DNA of 64,000 nt from Myxococcales bacterium. GTDB lineage: Bacteria > Myxococcota_A > Polyangia > Polyangiales > Ga0077539. Both the position numbers and the translations under genes were made by a program. Within the stretch, counting starts at the first letter, position 1; each line of letters starts with the position of its first letter. The notes below the pieces were generated by a model, which was not told the DNA's origin, did no database searches, and was given only the letters and a program-made list of their open reading frames with translations. Shown here piece by piece: positions 1 to 9,881 of the stretch. The DNA lies in the NCBI GenBank assembly GCA_016792845.1, contig JAEUKH010000018.1, forward strand, positions 74,984 through 138,983, in the 5' to 3' direction.

Positions 1-1
1 C

Positions 2-1150
2 CACGGTCGCGAGACCGAGAGCTTCGTCAAAGAGGCCATCGCGGGCCTTGAGGGCGCGCCCTTTGTGGTGCCCGTGAACGAGGCCGGGGCGAGCGTTTAC
101 TCGGCCTCGGATGTGGCCCGCGAGGAGTTTCCGGACCTCGATGTGACGGTGCGGGGCGCTATCTCGATCGCGCGTCGCTTGCAAGACCCGCTGGCCGAGC
201 TGGTCAAGGTTGACCCCAAGTCGATCGGCGTCGGGCAATACCAGCACGACGTGTATCAGCCCCTGCTCGCCAAGAAGCTCGACGAGGTGGTCGAGAGCTG
301 CGTCAACAGCGTGGGCGTCGAGCTCAACACCGCGAGCGCGCCACTCTTGGCGCACGTCGCCGGCATCGGCCCCACCCTCGCGCGCCGCATCGTCTCGCAC
401 CGCGAGGTGAACGGCCCCTTCGCCACCCGCGACGACGTGCGCGACGTGACCGGGCTCGGGCCCAAGACCTACGAGCAGTGCGCGGGCTTTTTGCGCATCC
501 ATGGGGGGCAGAACCCCCTCGACGCGAGCGCCGTTCACCCCGAGCGCTACCCCGTGGTCGAGACCATGGCCCGCGACCTCGGCACCGACGTCTCGGCGCT
601 GGTGGGCAACCCCGCCCTCGCGGCGAAGATTCAGTGGCAGCGCTACGTCGACGGCGCGCTCGGCGAGTTCACCCTGCGCGACATCGTCGAAGAGCTGAAG
701 AAGCCCGGGCGAGACCCCCGCGCGACCTTCGAGCCCCCCAAGTTTCGCGACGACGTCCGCACGATGGAAGACCTCAAGGTCGGGATGAACCTCGAAGGCG
801 TGGTCACCAACGTCACCGCCTTCGGCGCCTTCGTCGACGTGGGGGTGCACCAAGACGGCCTCGTTCACCTCTCGCAGCTCTCAGACCGCTTTGTGCGCGA
901 GCCCTCGGAGGTGGTCAAACCGGGCGACAAGCTCAAGGTGCGGGTGCTCGAAGTCGACCTCGTGCGGAAGCGCATCTCGCTTTCGGCCAAGAGCGGCTCG
1001 CCGACCCAGCAAGGGGCCTACGGTCGCCCCGCGCAGGCTCCCCAAGACCGCCCCCGAGACGGCGGCCGAGGGCCCCAACGCCCCGCGCCGAAGCCGCCCG
1101 CGCAGCCCGCGTTCTCGAACAACCCGTTTCAGAAATTGCTGAAGAAATAA
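2..1150 (+). CDS. tex: Transcription accessory protein Tex, C-terminal part (HhH + S1 RNA-binding domain); the 5' end lies outside the window
   Basis: The reading frame is open from the window edge. The 'GIGPTLARRIVSHR..GPF' HhH motif is followed by an S1 domain ('GMNLEGVVTNVTAFGAFVDVG..DGLVHLSQL'). Stop TAA at 1148-1150. Confidence 0.85.
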   Translation, partial: HGRETESFVKEAIAGLEGAPFVVPVNEAGASVYSASDVAREEFPDLDVTVRGAISIARRLQDPLAELVKVDPKSIGVGQYQHDVYQPLLAKKLDEVVESCVNSVGVELNTASAPLLAHVAGIGPTLARRIVSHREVNGPFATRDDVRDVTGLGPKTYEQCAGFLRIHGGQNPLDASAVHPERYPVVETMARDLGTDVSALVGNPALAAKIQWQRYVDGALGEFTLRDIVEELKKPGRDPRATFEPPKFRDDVRTMEDLKVGMNLEGVVTNVTAFGAFVDVGVHQDGLVHLSQLSDRFVREPSEVVKPGDKLKVRVLEVDLVRKRISLSAKSGSPTQQGAYGRPAQAPQDRPRDGGRGPQRPAPKPPAQPAFSNNPFQKLLKK

Positions 1151-1156
1151 GCCTCG

Positions 1157-1221
1157 CGCGCTGTTGAACAGTGTTCAACTCAGCGGCCGGGGCGCTGTTG
1201 AACAGTGTTCAACTCAGCGGC
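1157..1221. repeat. Two tandem copies (period ~35 bp) of a 30-bp unit, each holding the 17-bp palindrome GTTGAACAGTGTTCAAC. They fill the 63-bp gap between the convergent tex and methyltransferase stops.
   Basis: Direct read: gcgctgttgaacagtgttcaactcagcggc at 1157-1187 and again at 1192-1221. The second copy overlaps the methyltransferase stop codon (TGA, 1216..1214). Confidence 0.8.
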
Positions 1222-2359
1222 GACCTTCGACAAGGCTCATCACCGGGCCCGCGAAGACGCGGCCCTTCTTGAAGCCCGCCGCGGCGAGGAGCGCTTCGAG
1301 CTCGGCGAGGCTCCGCTCGCGGCCCCCTTCGCAGGCCACGAGCATCTGGAGGTCTGACATCGGGCCGAAGCGATCGTGGGTGACCCGGGGCACCGGGGCT
1401 TCGCAGAGCAACACCCGTTGGCCTTCGGTCATCGCGGCGGCCACCCGCGAGAGGATGGTGACGCAGGCCGCGTCGCCCCAGTCGTGCAGCACGTTCTTCA
1501 AGAGGTAGAGCTCAGACCCGGGCGGCACGTGCTCGAAGAAGCTCGCCTCGGTGAGCGTGCAGCGCCCTCGTACGCCTCGCGCCGCCAGGAGCGGCTCGGC
1601 CGAGGCCAAGACCCCCGCGCCCTCGGCGAGGGTGCCCCGAAGGTGCGGGTGACGGAGCAGGATCTCAGACAACAAAATGCCCCGACCGCCGCCCACGTCG
1701 CACACGCTCGACACCTCGTCGAAGGGGTAGCGCCGAGCGACCCACGGGGCCGAGAGCGCGGTGAGGCCCATCATGCAGTGCGCGAAATTCTCTCGCTCGT
1801 CGGGGTGCGCGTCGAACCACTGCCAGACGCTCATGCCGTGGGCCGACGAGAATGCGTCGCGCCCGGTGCGCAGGCTCTCGTCGAAGTGTCGCCAGGCGCG
1901 CTGGTTGCTGTCGCTGCTCCAGTAGTTGACCCACTCGGCCATGCGCGAGACGCCGCCAGATTTGAGCACCCGCGAGTGGGCGTTGTGCGCGAAGCGGCCG
2001 TCGGGCCCGAGGGTGAAGATCCCCTCGCTGGCCAGGGCCCGCATCGCGCGGTAGAGCGCGTCGGCGTCGAGGCCGCAGGCCGCCGCGAGCGAGGCCGCCT
2101 CGGCGGGGGCCTCACCGAGCGCGTCAAAGACGCCAGCCCGCACGAGGGCGCCGAGCACGAAGGCGCTGCTCTGGGCCGCCGTCTTTTCGAGCACCATGAG
2201 CTCGGGCGGGGTGAGCCGGTCGAGCACCCGTTGGAGCCCCTCGCGCGCCCAAAGCACCGAGCGAACGAGCCAATCGGGAGGCGGCGGGGGGAGCCATTTC
2301 GGCGACAGTGACACACGCGAAGGCGGCGGCACGGGCCGTCGCAGAGAAGCCTGAACCAT
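1214..2359 (-). CDS. Class I SAM-dependent O-methyltransferase (family 2 OMT with N-terminal dimerisation domain)
   Basis: SAM-binding motif 'CDVGGGRG' followed by an OMT-like C-terminal region ('LLKNVLHDW..D..C..IL'). Protein-like composition versus the antisense frame. Confidence 0.8.
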   Translation of the reverse strand: MVQASLRRPVPPPSRVSLSPKWLPPPPPDWLVRSVLWAREGLQRVLDRLTPPELMVLEKTAAQSSAFVLGALVRAGVFDALGEAPAEAASLAAACGLDADALYRAMRALASEGIFTLGPDGRFAHNAHSRVLKSGGVSRMAEWVNYWSSDSNQRAWRHFDESLRTGRDAFSSAHGMSVWQWFDAHPDERENFAHCMMGLTALSAPWVARRYPFDEVSSVCDVGGGRGILLSEILLRHPHLRGTLAEGAGVLASAEPLLAARGVRGRCTLTEASFFEHVPPGSELYLLKNVLHDWGDAACVTILSRVAAAMTEGQRVLLCEAPVPRVTHDRFGPMSDLQMLVACEGGRERSLAELEALLAAAGFKKGRVFAGPVMSLVEGRR

Positions 2360-2372
2360 CAGGCCCGCGACT

Positions 2373-3098
2373 CTACACGAGCCCCGCCCGGGTCATGGCC
2401 TCTCTCCACGCGGGCCGCGGGTCGAGACCGAGGGCCTCGAAGCGCGGGAGGTAGTCTCGCTCGAAGCACCGCGCGAGCACCGCCTGGTAGGCGCCCGGCG
2501 CCATCAGCCCCCATCGGCGATCGTCGGCGTCGAGGGTGTCACGCCCGCGGGCCTCGCGCGGCGCGTAGCTCGCCCAGAGGCGCGAAAACCAGCCGGGGAG
2601 CTCGCGCTCGATCAGGCCCCGGGCCGACGCCGCGTACGGGGTCTCAAGGAGCCAGCCGAGGGCGCTCCACCCGAAATCGCGGTGCCGCACTTCATCACGC
2701 AAGATCCGGTCGAGGGCCCGGCGCGCGACCTCGACCTCGCAGCCCTCGCGGAGGCTTCGAAACAGCGGCACCGCCACGGTCTCGCCGAGGCAGAACACAT
2801 CGACCGTGAGGCGCGTCACGGCGGCCTCTAGGGGCTCACGGGCGGGCGCCTCGATGGCGAGGCTCTCACGCGCGAGGCGCGGGCCCGCGGCGCCCCCTGC
2901 GGCCGCGTAGACCTCCATGCTGAGGGTGGCGTGGTCGACCTCATCGGCGGCGATCTGGAGCCCCGCGAGGATGAGATCGGGCGAGGCCCCGATCTGCGTC
3001 AGCCACAGCGTCAAATGCTGTGTGATCGCGCTCGAACGGTACTCAGCCTCGACGCGCTGGAGCCACTCACGCTGCACCGCCGCACTCGCACCCTCCAT
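2373..3098 (-). CDS. Ferritin-like (di-iron carboxylate, DUF455/MiaE-like) domain protein. Start placed at internal ATG 3098 because the upstream part of the ORF is low-complexity overlap.
   Basis: Two ExxH motifs ('ADEVDHATL', 'DEVRHRDFGW') typical of the ferritin-like superfamily. The ORF upstream of Met114 is Arg/Pro/Thr-rich junk. A lipoprotein gene ends 8 nt upstream (operon). Confidence 0.6.
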   Translation of the reverse strand: MEGASAAVQREWLQRVEAEYRSSAITQHLTLWLTQIGASPDLILAGLQIAADEVDHATLSMEVYAAAGGAAGPRLARESLAIEAPAREPLEAAVTRLTVDVFCLGETVAVPLFRSLREGCEVEVARRALDRILRDEVRHRDFGWSALGWLLETPYAASARGLIERELPGWFSRLWASYAPREARGRDTLDADDRRWGLMAPGAYQAVLARCFERDYLPRFEALGLDPRPAWREAMTRAGLV

Positions 3099-3105
3099 GG
3101 CCCGC

Positions 3106-3822
3106 TCAGCCTGCGTCGACCGGCGGCGGATTGCAACTGCCGTAACCCAGCCGCCAGGCGCCCCCGACGCAGCTGGCGACGCCCACGTTGGCTGGGGTGG
3201 TGCAGGGGTTGTAGTAACACATCGCCTCGCCCGAGCAGGCCGCGCCCTCGGCGGGCGGCGACGACGGGCACACGGGCGGCGGGGGGTCGCCTGCGTCGAC
3301 CGGCGGGGGGCCCGCGTCGACCGGCGGGGGGTTGCACGACGCGTGCAGGAGCTGCCACGCGCCGTTCGTGCATTGGGCTTGGGCGACGTTGGCGATGTTC
3401 TGACACGAGTCGTAGCTGCAGTTGAGGGCGCCGACACACGACGCGCCCGCGGCGGGCGGCGTGGCGGGGCAGGTCGGCGGCGGGGGGTTGCAGGTCGAGG
3501 TGAAGTTCTGCCAACGGCTGTCGAGGCAGCGGAAGCTCTGCGGGTACGTCGGGCTGTTCGACGGCGGGCAGTTGAAGGGCGTGCCGTAGTTGCAGTCGAC
3601 CGTCGCGGCGAGCGCGCAGGTGGTGCCCGCGGCAGGCGCAGCGCTCGGGCACCCCGGCGAGGGCACGTCGGTCACCGCAGGGCGATCGCTGGTGTTCGGC
3701 ACGTCGCCCGACACGCCCCCATCGGCCGGCGCAGAGATCGTGTCGCCGCAGCCCGCGAGCATGGCCGCGCCCGCCGCGAAGGTCACCACGAAGGGCGAAC
3801 GGAGCACCTTTTGCTGTTTCAT
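3106..3822 (-). CDS. Lipoprotein with three tandem ~50-aa cysteine-rich repeats of unknown family
   Basis: Signal peptide plus lipobox 'MLAGC'. A repeated pattern CP..P(A/P)..G..C......C.Y..C......A.C..GAW.L....CNPPP occurs three times. Confidence 0.6.
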   Translation of the reverse strand: MKQQKVLRSPFVVTFAAGAAMLAGCGDTISAPADGGVSGDVPNTSDRPAVTDVPSPGCPSAAPAAGTTCALAATVDCNYGTPFNCPPSNSPTYPQSFRCLDSRWQNFTSTCNPPPPTCPATPPAAGASCVGALNCSYDSCQNIANVAQAQCTNGAWQLLHASCNPPPVDAGPPPVDAGDPPPPVCPSSPPAEGAACSGEAMCYYNPCTTPANVGVASCVGGAWRLGYGSCNPPPVDAG

Positions 3823-3961
3823 ATCCGCTCGGCACTACAAGCCTTGTGCCAGGCGAAACCAAAGCAAATTCAGCGCTTTGGCACGGCACACTCTGACACA
3901 CGCGGAATTCCGCGCAGGCCGCTTGCGGTTTTGGCGCGACGGCCCCACGCAAGGCCGCTGC

Positions 3962-4703
<742 letters not shown>

Positions 4704-4714
<11 letters not shown>

Positions 4715-5663
4715 CGCCGGGGTCGCTCCGCTCGCCCATTCGGGTGGGGGGCGCGAGGGGCCCGCGGGCCAGCGCGGCGCGATAGACCTCGAGCTTTTTG
4801 GCCAGGGCGGCGCACATCTCGGGGTGAAACCCGCCGAGCTGCTGGGCCGCGTTGGCGATGTCGACCTCGGCGGCGAGCTGGCCCTCGGTGATGGCCACGA
4901 GGAGCGCCGCGGCCACGGCGGTCTCTTCGGGGTTCGCGAGCACCAGGGCGGCCTCGTGGAGGATCTTGTCCCAGATGTCGCCGACGCCCCATTGTTTGGC
5001 CCTCGGCGCATCGGGAATGAGAAAGAAGACGTGCCACCTCTTCTGGAGCGTCTCGACCGTCGTGTAGATGTCGCTGACCTCGGCGGGGGCCGCGCCGAGC
5101 ACCTTCGTCATCACCGCGCGGTCGCTGCGCGAGAAGGGCGGCTCATCACCCGTGATGAAGAAATAGCCCTTTTTACCGCGCTTCTCGAAGGCATCGGCGG
5201 CCACATGGTGCGCCCCGAAATACATCGCGAGGTCGTACGACTCGCCGAGCCCGCCGCCCTCGCCTTCGAGGTGAATGCGCGAGAGCCACTGGTCGATGGC
5301 GTGGGCCTCGCTCTCAAACTGCCCCACCTGGAGGGGCGAGCGGTCGGTGTGGCCGTTGCCGACGGCCATGAAGCACACCTGGGCGTCGGGCAACACCGCG
5401 GTCACCTTCTGCATGAATTTGGGCATCGTGCGCGTGGCGAGCCCGTGCGGGATCTGCCCCATCGAGCCGCTCACGTCGAGGGCGAAGACCACCGGCACCG
5501 AGTGCGGGTGCGCCTCGCTGTCGCGGGCCTCGCGGGTCTTCACGCCGTGCGGGTTCATGCTCTGGTGGCAGGCCCTCTGGGTGAACACCTCTTCGGCTGA
5601 CTGATCGGCGCGCTTCGCCGTAAAGGCCTCGTGGGCCTCGAAACTGTACTGCCCATACCCCAT
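4704..5663 (-). CDS. von Willebrand factor A (VWA) domain protein
   Basis: MIDAS motif 'VVFALDVSGSM' (DxSxS). Convergent with terC and overlaps it by 11 nt. Confidence 0.7.
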
Positions 5664-5729
5664 TGGTCGCAGACTCCCTTCGAGAGGGCGCCGAGTCTAC
5701 ACCGCGCGGCCGCGCTGCGAAGGGGCGCC

Positions 5730-8700
5730 TCACCCGTGGGTCGACGCGGCGCCGAGGAGGGCGTCGAGGTCTTCAGGGGTGAGCCCCGCGAGGGCCCCGC
5801 CGCCGTCGGCGATGACCGCGTCGGCGAGGCCGCGTTTGCGCTCTTTGAGCAGCATGATGCGGTCTTCGACGGTGCCGAGCGCGATGAGGCGGTACACCGT
5901 GACGGGGCGCTCCTGGCCCATGCGGTGGGCGCGGTCGGTGGCCTGGTCTTCGACGGCGGGGTTCCACCAAGGGTCGCAGTGGATGACGGTGTCTGCGGCG
6001 GTGAGGTTGAGCCCTGTGCCGCCGGCCTTGAGCGAGATCAAGAACAGCGGCGCGTCGCCCTGTTGAAAGCGCTCGACCACGGCGTCACGGTCGACGGTGC
6101 CGCCGTCGAGGTATTCGTACCGCAGACCGCGCGCGTCGAGGTCGCGCCGCCAGAGTGACAGCAGCTCGACAAACTGCGAGAACACCAGCACCCGCCGGCC
6201 CTCTTCGACCAAGGCGTCGACCAGTTCGAGAAAGGCCTCTCGCTTCGACGACGCCTCGGCCGGCGCCTTCGGGTCGACGAGCCTCGGGTCACACGCCATC
6301 TGCCGCAAGCGCAAGAGCGCCGTGAGCACCGCGAGGCCGCTGCGCCCGAGCCCCTGGGCGGCGATCTTCACCGCGAGCTCTTGTCGTAGCGCCTCGCTGA
6401 GCGTGTCGTAGCGCCGCTTCTGCTCGGCGTTGAGCTCGACCTCGCAGTTGATCTCTTCTTTCGGCGGCAGCTCGGTGAGCACCTCGCGCTTGCGCCGCCG
6501 CAAGAGAAAGGGCCGCACGAGGCTCCTGAGCCTGTGGGCCTCGACCCCGTGGGGTTCGAGCGCGATGGGGCGCTCGTACCGATTCGCGAAGGCCCTGGCC
6601 GAGCCCAGCATCCCCGGGTTCACGAGGTCGACGATGGCCCAGAGCTCGGCCAGTCGGTTCTCGACCGGCGTGCCTGTGAGGGCCAGGCGAAACACCGCGT
6701 CGAGCTCCCGCGCGGCCTGCGCGCTCTGGGCCCCGGCGTTCTTCACCTGTTGCGCCTCGTCGAAGACCACCGCGCGAAAGCGAAGCGTGCGCAGGGTGCC
6801 GAGGTCGCGCCGCAGGAGCGCGTAGGTGGTCACCACCAGGTCGACTCCCGCGATCACCTGCGCGTCGCGGGTGCGGTCGCTGCCGTGCAAGAGCAGCGTC
6901 TTGAGCGCGGGCGTGAAGCGTCGGGCCTCGCGCAGCCAGTTGCCCGCCACGCTCGTCGGCGCCACCACGAGGCTCACCTGCGAGCCCTCGTCTTCGCGCC
7001 ATCGCTCGAGCATGGCCAGCGTCGTGAGGGTCTTGCCGAGGCCCATGTCGTCGGCGAGCACGGCCCCCGCCCCGAGGGCGTGCACCCATTGCAGCCACGC
7101 AAGACCCTGCTGCTGATAGGGGCGCAGGGTTGCGCAGATGCACGACGGCATGCGGGGCGTCTCGGCGATCACTTCAGACTTCAGCCGCTCGCGGAGCGCA
7201 GCGACCTCGGCGTCGACCTCGGTGGCGAGGCCGAGCTCGCTCCACACGTTGAGGCGCCCGAGCTGGTGCGGCGACAGCTTCGCCGTGAGGGTGCCCGCGA
7301 CGGCCTTGAGCTTGCCAAACTCTTCGGTCTCTTCGAGGAGCGAGAGCACCTGCTGGCTGATCTCGGCCACCGAGCCGTCATCGAGGGCGACCCAGTTGCG
7401 CTTGTTGCGGAGCGCCGTCTTGAGCGCCTCGACGTCGGCCTGCACGACCCCGGCCTCGAAGGTGAGCGAGGTGTCGAGGAGCCCCTCGACCAAGGCCACC
7501 CGCGCCGTCGCGCGCACCGCAGGGCGCACCGTGACGCGCTCGAGCCCCGCGGCGAACTCGACCGTGACGCGCCCCTCGGTTTGGGCGCGGTATCGCGGCA
7601 GGAGGGTCGTCCAAAACAGGGCGGCCTGGGCGTCGCGGGCGGGGTATCCGCGGTGCTCGTCGCTCCACGCGAGCCCGAGGGCCTCGACCGTCGCCCGCGC
7701 TTCGCGTTCGAGCTCGACATCACGACGGAGCTCGTCGTCGGCGCTGAGCTTCTCGTCGGGCACGAGGGTCAGGGTGCGGGTCGCGTACACCGCGTCGAGG
7801 CGCAGCACCAGGTCGAGCGGGCGCCCCTCGATGCGCAGCACGAAGCTCGGCGTCTCGCGCGCCGCGAGGCCCACGCTCTCGGGCGGCGGGAGCTTCGCCT
7901 TGCCCCGGAGCAGCTTCGACAACGCCTGCCAGGTGCGCCCCGCCTCGCCTTGCGGAATGGGCACCACCGGGCGTCGATGCACCGCCTCGGCGAAGCTCAT
8001 GTCGACCTCGCGATGCACCGCCGCGGCCACCCCCAGCGCGGGCACCACGACGTAGGGCAACGCGCCCGCGAAGAACAGCGCCTCGTGGGCCGGAACATCG
8101 AAGCCCCCGTCGCCCTCGACGTACCAACGCCCGAGCATCGCGTCGAGCTCAACGCTGGCCTCGTGACGGCCCCCAGGGCGCACCGGGCCGAGCACCCCAG
8201 GCGTCTCAGGGCGCGCCTCGGGCACTCGCTGATCGGGCGCGAGGAGACGCGACGACACGCGCTCGCGCTGCACCCGCACCCGCGCCGCGCCGGGGGCGAA
8301 TCGCAGCCCCCGATCGAGGCCTTCGAGTTGCGTCTCGCGGCCTGACTTTTCGAGCAGGTCGAGCAAGAGCCCGGTCACCCTCGCCTCGGCCAACATGCCC
8401 TTCTTGCCGTCGGCGCGCGGGCGCCCGAGGGCGCAGAGCATCCGGTCGTCGGACGAGAGCCCCGAGACCTCGTCGCTCGCGACGATGCGATTGCGCGCGT
8501 GACGGAAGCGAAAATGGAGCACGGGCTCGTCGGCCGCGGGGCGCGTCGCGAGGGCGTAATCGCGGCCGCCGTCGGTGAACGAGAGCTCGAGCGCCACGGG
8601 GCCTTCGATGCGCCGCGCGGCCGACGACGGCGCCCACACCGACGCGCTCTCGATCACCTGAAGCTCACCCAGGAAGGCCGCGCGGCGCGCCTTGAGGTCG

Positions 8701-9101
8701 AGCCATACGGGGTCGGGCACTTCGCCCGCGGCGAGGGCCGCGCGCAGCGGCTCTGAGGCGCCGAGGTCGAGCAAGAGCGCGCACACATGGGCGCAAGGCA
8801 GCGGCGCACCGCACGAGCACGCGCACGCCGGCCCGAGCCCCGCGCCGCCGACGGGCTGAAAGCCGAAGCTCGTCGCAGCGCGCAAGGTCTCGCTCCGCCA
8901 CGCGTACTGCGGCCCTAAACGGCGCGACGCGAGCGGCCCGAGCTCGACCGTGGCGCGGAGCTGAAGCGCTGACTCCAACCGCGGCGGCGCGGGGTAACGC
9001 CAGGTGCGCTCGAAGAGCGTCAGCGCCTCGCCGAGCCCGACGAGTTGCACCACACGCGGGGTGCTCAGCCCCAACCACGGAGAAGATTCGTCAGGCATCA
9101 C
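5730..9101 (-). CDS. SNF2-family helicase with N-terminal SWIM zinc finger
   Basis: SWIM finger 'CACSCGAPLPCAHVCALL'. SNF2 motifs 'LADDMGLGKT' and 'DEAQQVKN'. C-terminal helicase motif 'GGTGLNLTAADTVIHCDPWWNPAVEDQATDRAHRMGQ'. Confidence 0.85.
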   Translation of the reverse strand: MMPDESSPWLGLSTPRVVQLVGLGEALTLFERTWRYPAPPRLESALQLRATVELGPLASRRLGPQYAWRSETLRAATSFGFQPVGGAGLGPACACSCGAPLPCAHVCALLLDLGASEPLRAALAAGEVPDPVWLDLKARRAAFLGELQVIESASVWAPSSAARRIEGPVALELSFTDGGRDYALATRPAADEPVLHFRFRHARNRIVASDEVSGLSSDDRMLCALGRPRADGKKGMLAEARVTGLLLDLLEKSGRETQLEGLDRGLRFAPGAARVRVQRERVSSRLLAPDQRVPEARPETPGVLGPVRPGGRHEASVELDAMLGRWYVEGDGGFDVPAHEALFFAGALPYVVVPALGVAAAVHREVDMSFAEAVHRRPVVPIPQGEAGRTWQALSKLLRGKAKLPPPESVGLAARETPSFVLRIEGRPLDLVLRLDAVYATRTLTLVPDEKLSADDELRRDVELEREARATVEALGLAWSDEHRGYPARDAQAALFWTTLLPRYRAQTEGRVTVEFAAGLERVTVRPAVRATARVALVEGLLDTSLTFEAGVVQADVEALKTALRNKRNWVALDDGSVAEISQQVLSLLEETEEFGKLKAVAGTLTAKLSPHQLGRLNVWSELGLATEVDAEVAALRERLKSEVIAETPRMPSCICATLRPYQQQGLAWLQWVHALGAGAVLADDMGLGKTLTTLAMLERWREDEGSQVSLVVAPTSVAGNWLREARRFTPALKTLLLHGSDRTRDAQVIAGVDLVVTTYALLRRDLGTLRTLRFRAVVFDEAQQVKNAGAQSAQAARELDAVFRLALTGTPVENRLAELWAIVDLVNPGMLGSARAFANRYERPIALEPHGVEAHRLRSLVRPFLLRRRKREVLTELPPKEEINCEVELNAEQKRRYDTLSEALRQELAVKIAAQGLGRSGLAVLTALLRLRQMACDPRLVDPKAPAEASSKREAFLELVDALVEEGRRVLVFSQFVELLSLWRRDLDARGLRYEYLDGGTVDRDAVVERFQQGDAPLFLISLKAGGTGLNLTAADTVIHCDPWWNPAVEDQATDRAHRMGQERPVTVYRLIALGTVEDRIMLLKERKRGLADAVIADGGGALAGLTPEDLDALLGAASTHG

Positions 9102-9136
9102 GCGAAGGCCCGCGAGTGTATGCCCAACACCCGCCG

Positions 9137-9826
9137 TTACGAACCGCTAAACCAGTCTCGCCCCGGACCCACCAGAAAGCCGATGAAGGCCCCGACCACC
9201 ACGGCCATCACGATCAAGAGCACCGAGGTGCGGGTCGAGGGCGCGGGGGCGCGGCTCCAAGTGCGACGCAAGAGGCGCTTCACGGCCACGCGAACCAAGA
9301 GCGAATCGGAGCCCGCGCCGAGCATCTTCGCGAGGGCCTCGCGGGCGACCTTCTCGGCGTCGGCGCGCGACTTCGCAGGCGCCTCGGTGCCTGGCAGGGG
9401 CTCGGTCTCGCGCAGCGCGATGGCGTACACGAGCGAGAGCGCGGGGCTCATGGCCTCGCTCGCGAACACGGGGTCGAGAAAGTTTTTCACCTTTTGCCAC
9501 TGGTTTTGCCCCGCGAGAGCCTCGACCGTGGCCATGCGCACCTGGGTCGCCTCGTGCGCGTCAAAGAGCGGCAAATCGGTGGGCAAGACCTCAACCTCGC
9601 GGAGCGCGTCGGCCCCCAACGCGGGCTCTGAGGCGCCCAGAAGCGCGCCCTCTTCACCCTGCCCGCGCGGCGCCCCTTCGCTGCGACGCATCGTGCCCGT
9701 CGCCTCAAGCGCCTCAGCCGGAACCCGCGGCGGCCCCGGCACCACGCCCCCCCGCAGCACCGCATCAAACACCGCGGCCTCGTCGACATCGGCCCCGTCA
9801 GAATCGCGCCTACGCTCAGCCGCCAT
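9137..9826 (-). CDS. Hypothetical protein with a C-terminal transmembrane helix
   Basis: It fits exactly between the TPR-peptidase stop and the SNF2 start in a co-directional array. No recognisable domain. Confidence 0.4.
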   Translation of the reverse strand: MAAERRRDSDGADVDEAAVFDAVLRGGVVPGPPRVPAEALEATGTMRRSEGAPRGQGEEGALLGASEPALGADALREVEVLPTDLPLFDAHEATQVRMATVEALAGQNQWQKVKNFLDPVFASEAMSPALSLVYAIALRETEPLPGTEAPAKSRADAEKVAREALAKMLGAGSDSLLVRVAVKRLLRRTWSRAPAPSTRTSVLLIVMAVVVGAFIGFLVGPGRDWFSGS

Positions 9827-9881
9827 GCGGGTCGCCTCCTCGGCTCAGAACGCTCTTTTCTATCGCCCCGCGGCGCGCGGT

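Noticed and set aside
1157-1221. LexA (SOS) box identity of the TTGAACAGTGTTCAA palindrome
   Set aside because: The Myxococcus-type LexA box is CTGAAC-N4-GTTCAG. Here the arms are TTGAAC and the spacing is N3. It is similar but does not fit the consensus.
6289-8345. Antisense or alternative-frame ORFs inside the SNF2 helicase gene (6534..8345 +, 6289..7143 -, 7138..8055 +)
   Set aside because: Low-complexity Arg/Ser/Ala-rich products. The SNF2 frame has clear conserved motifs.
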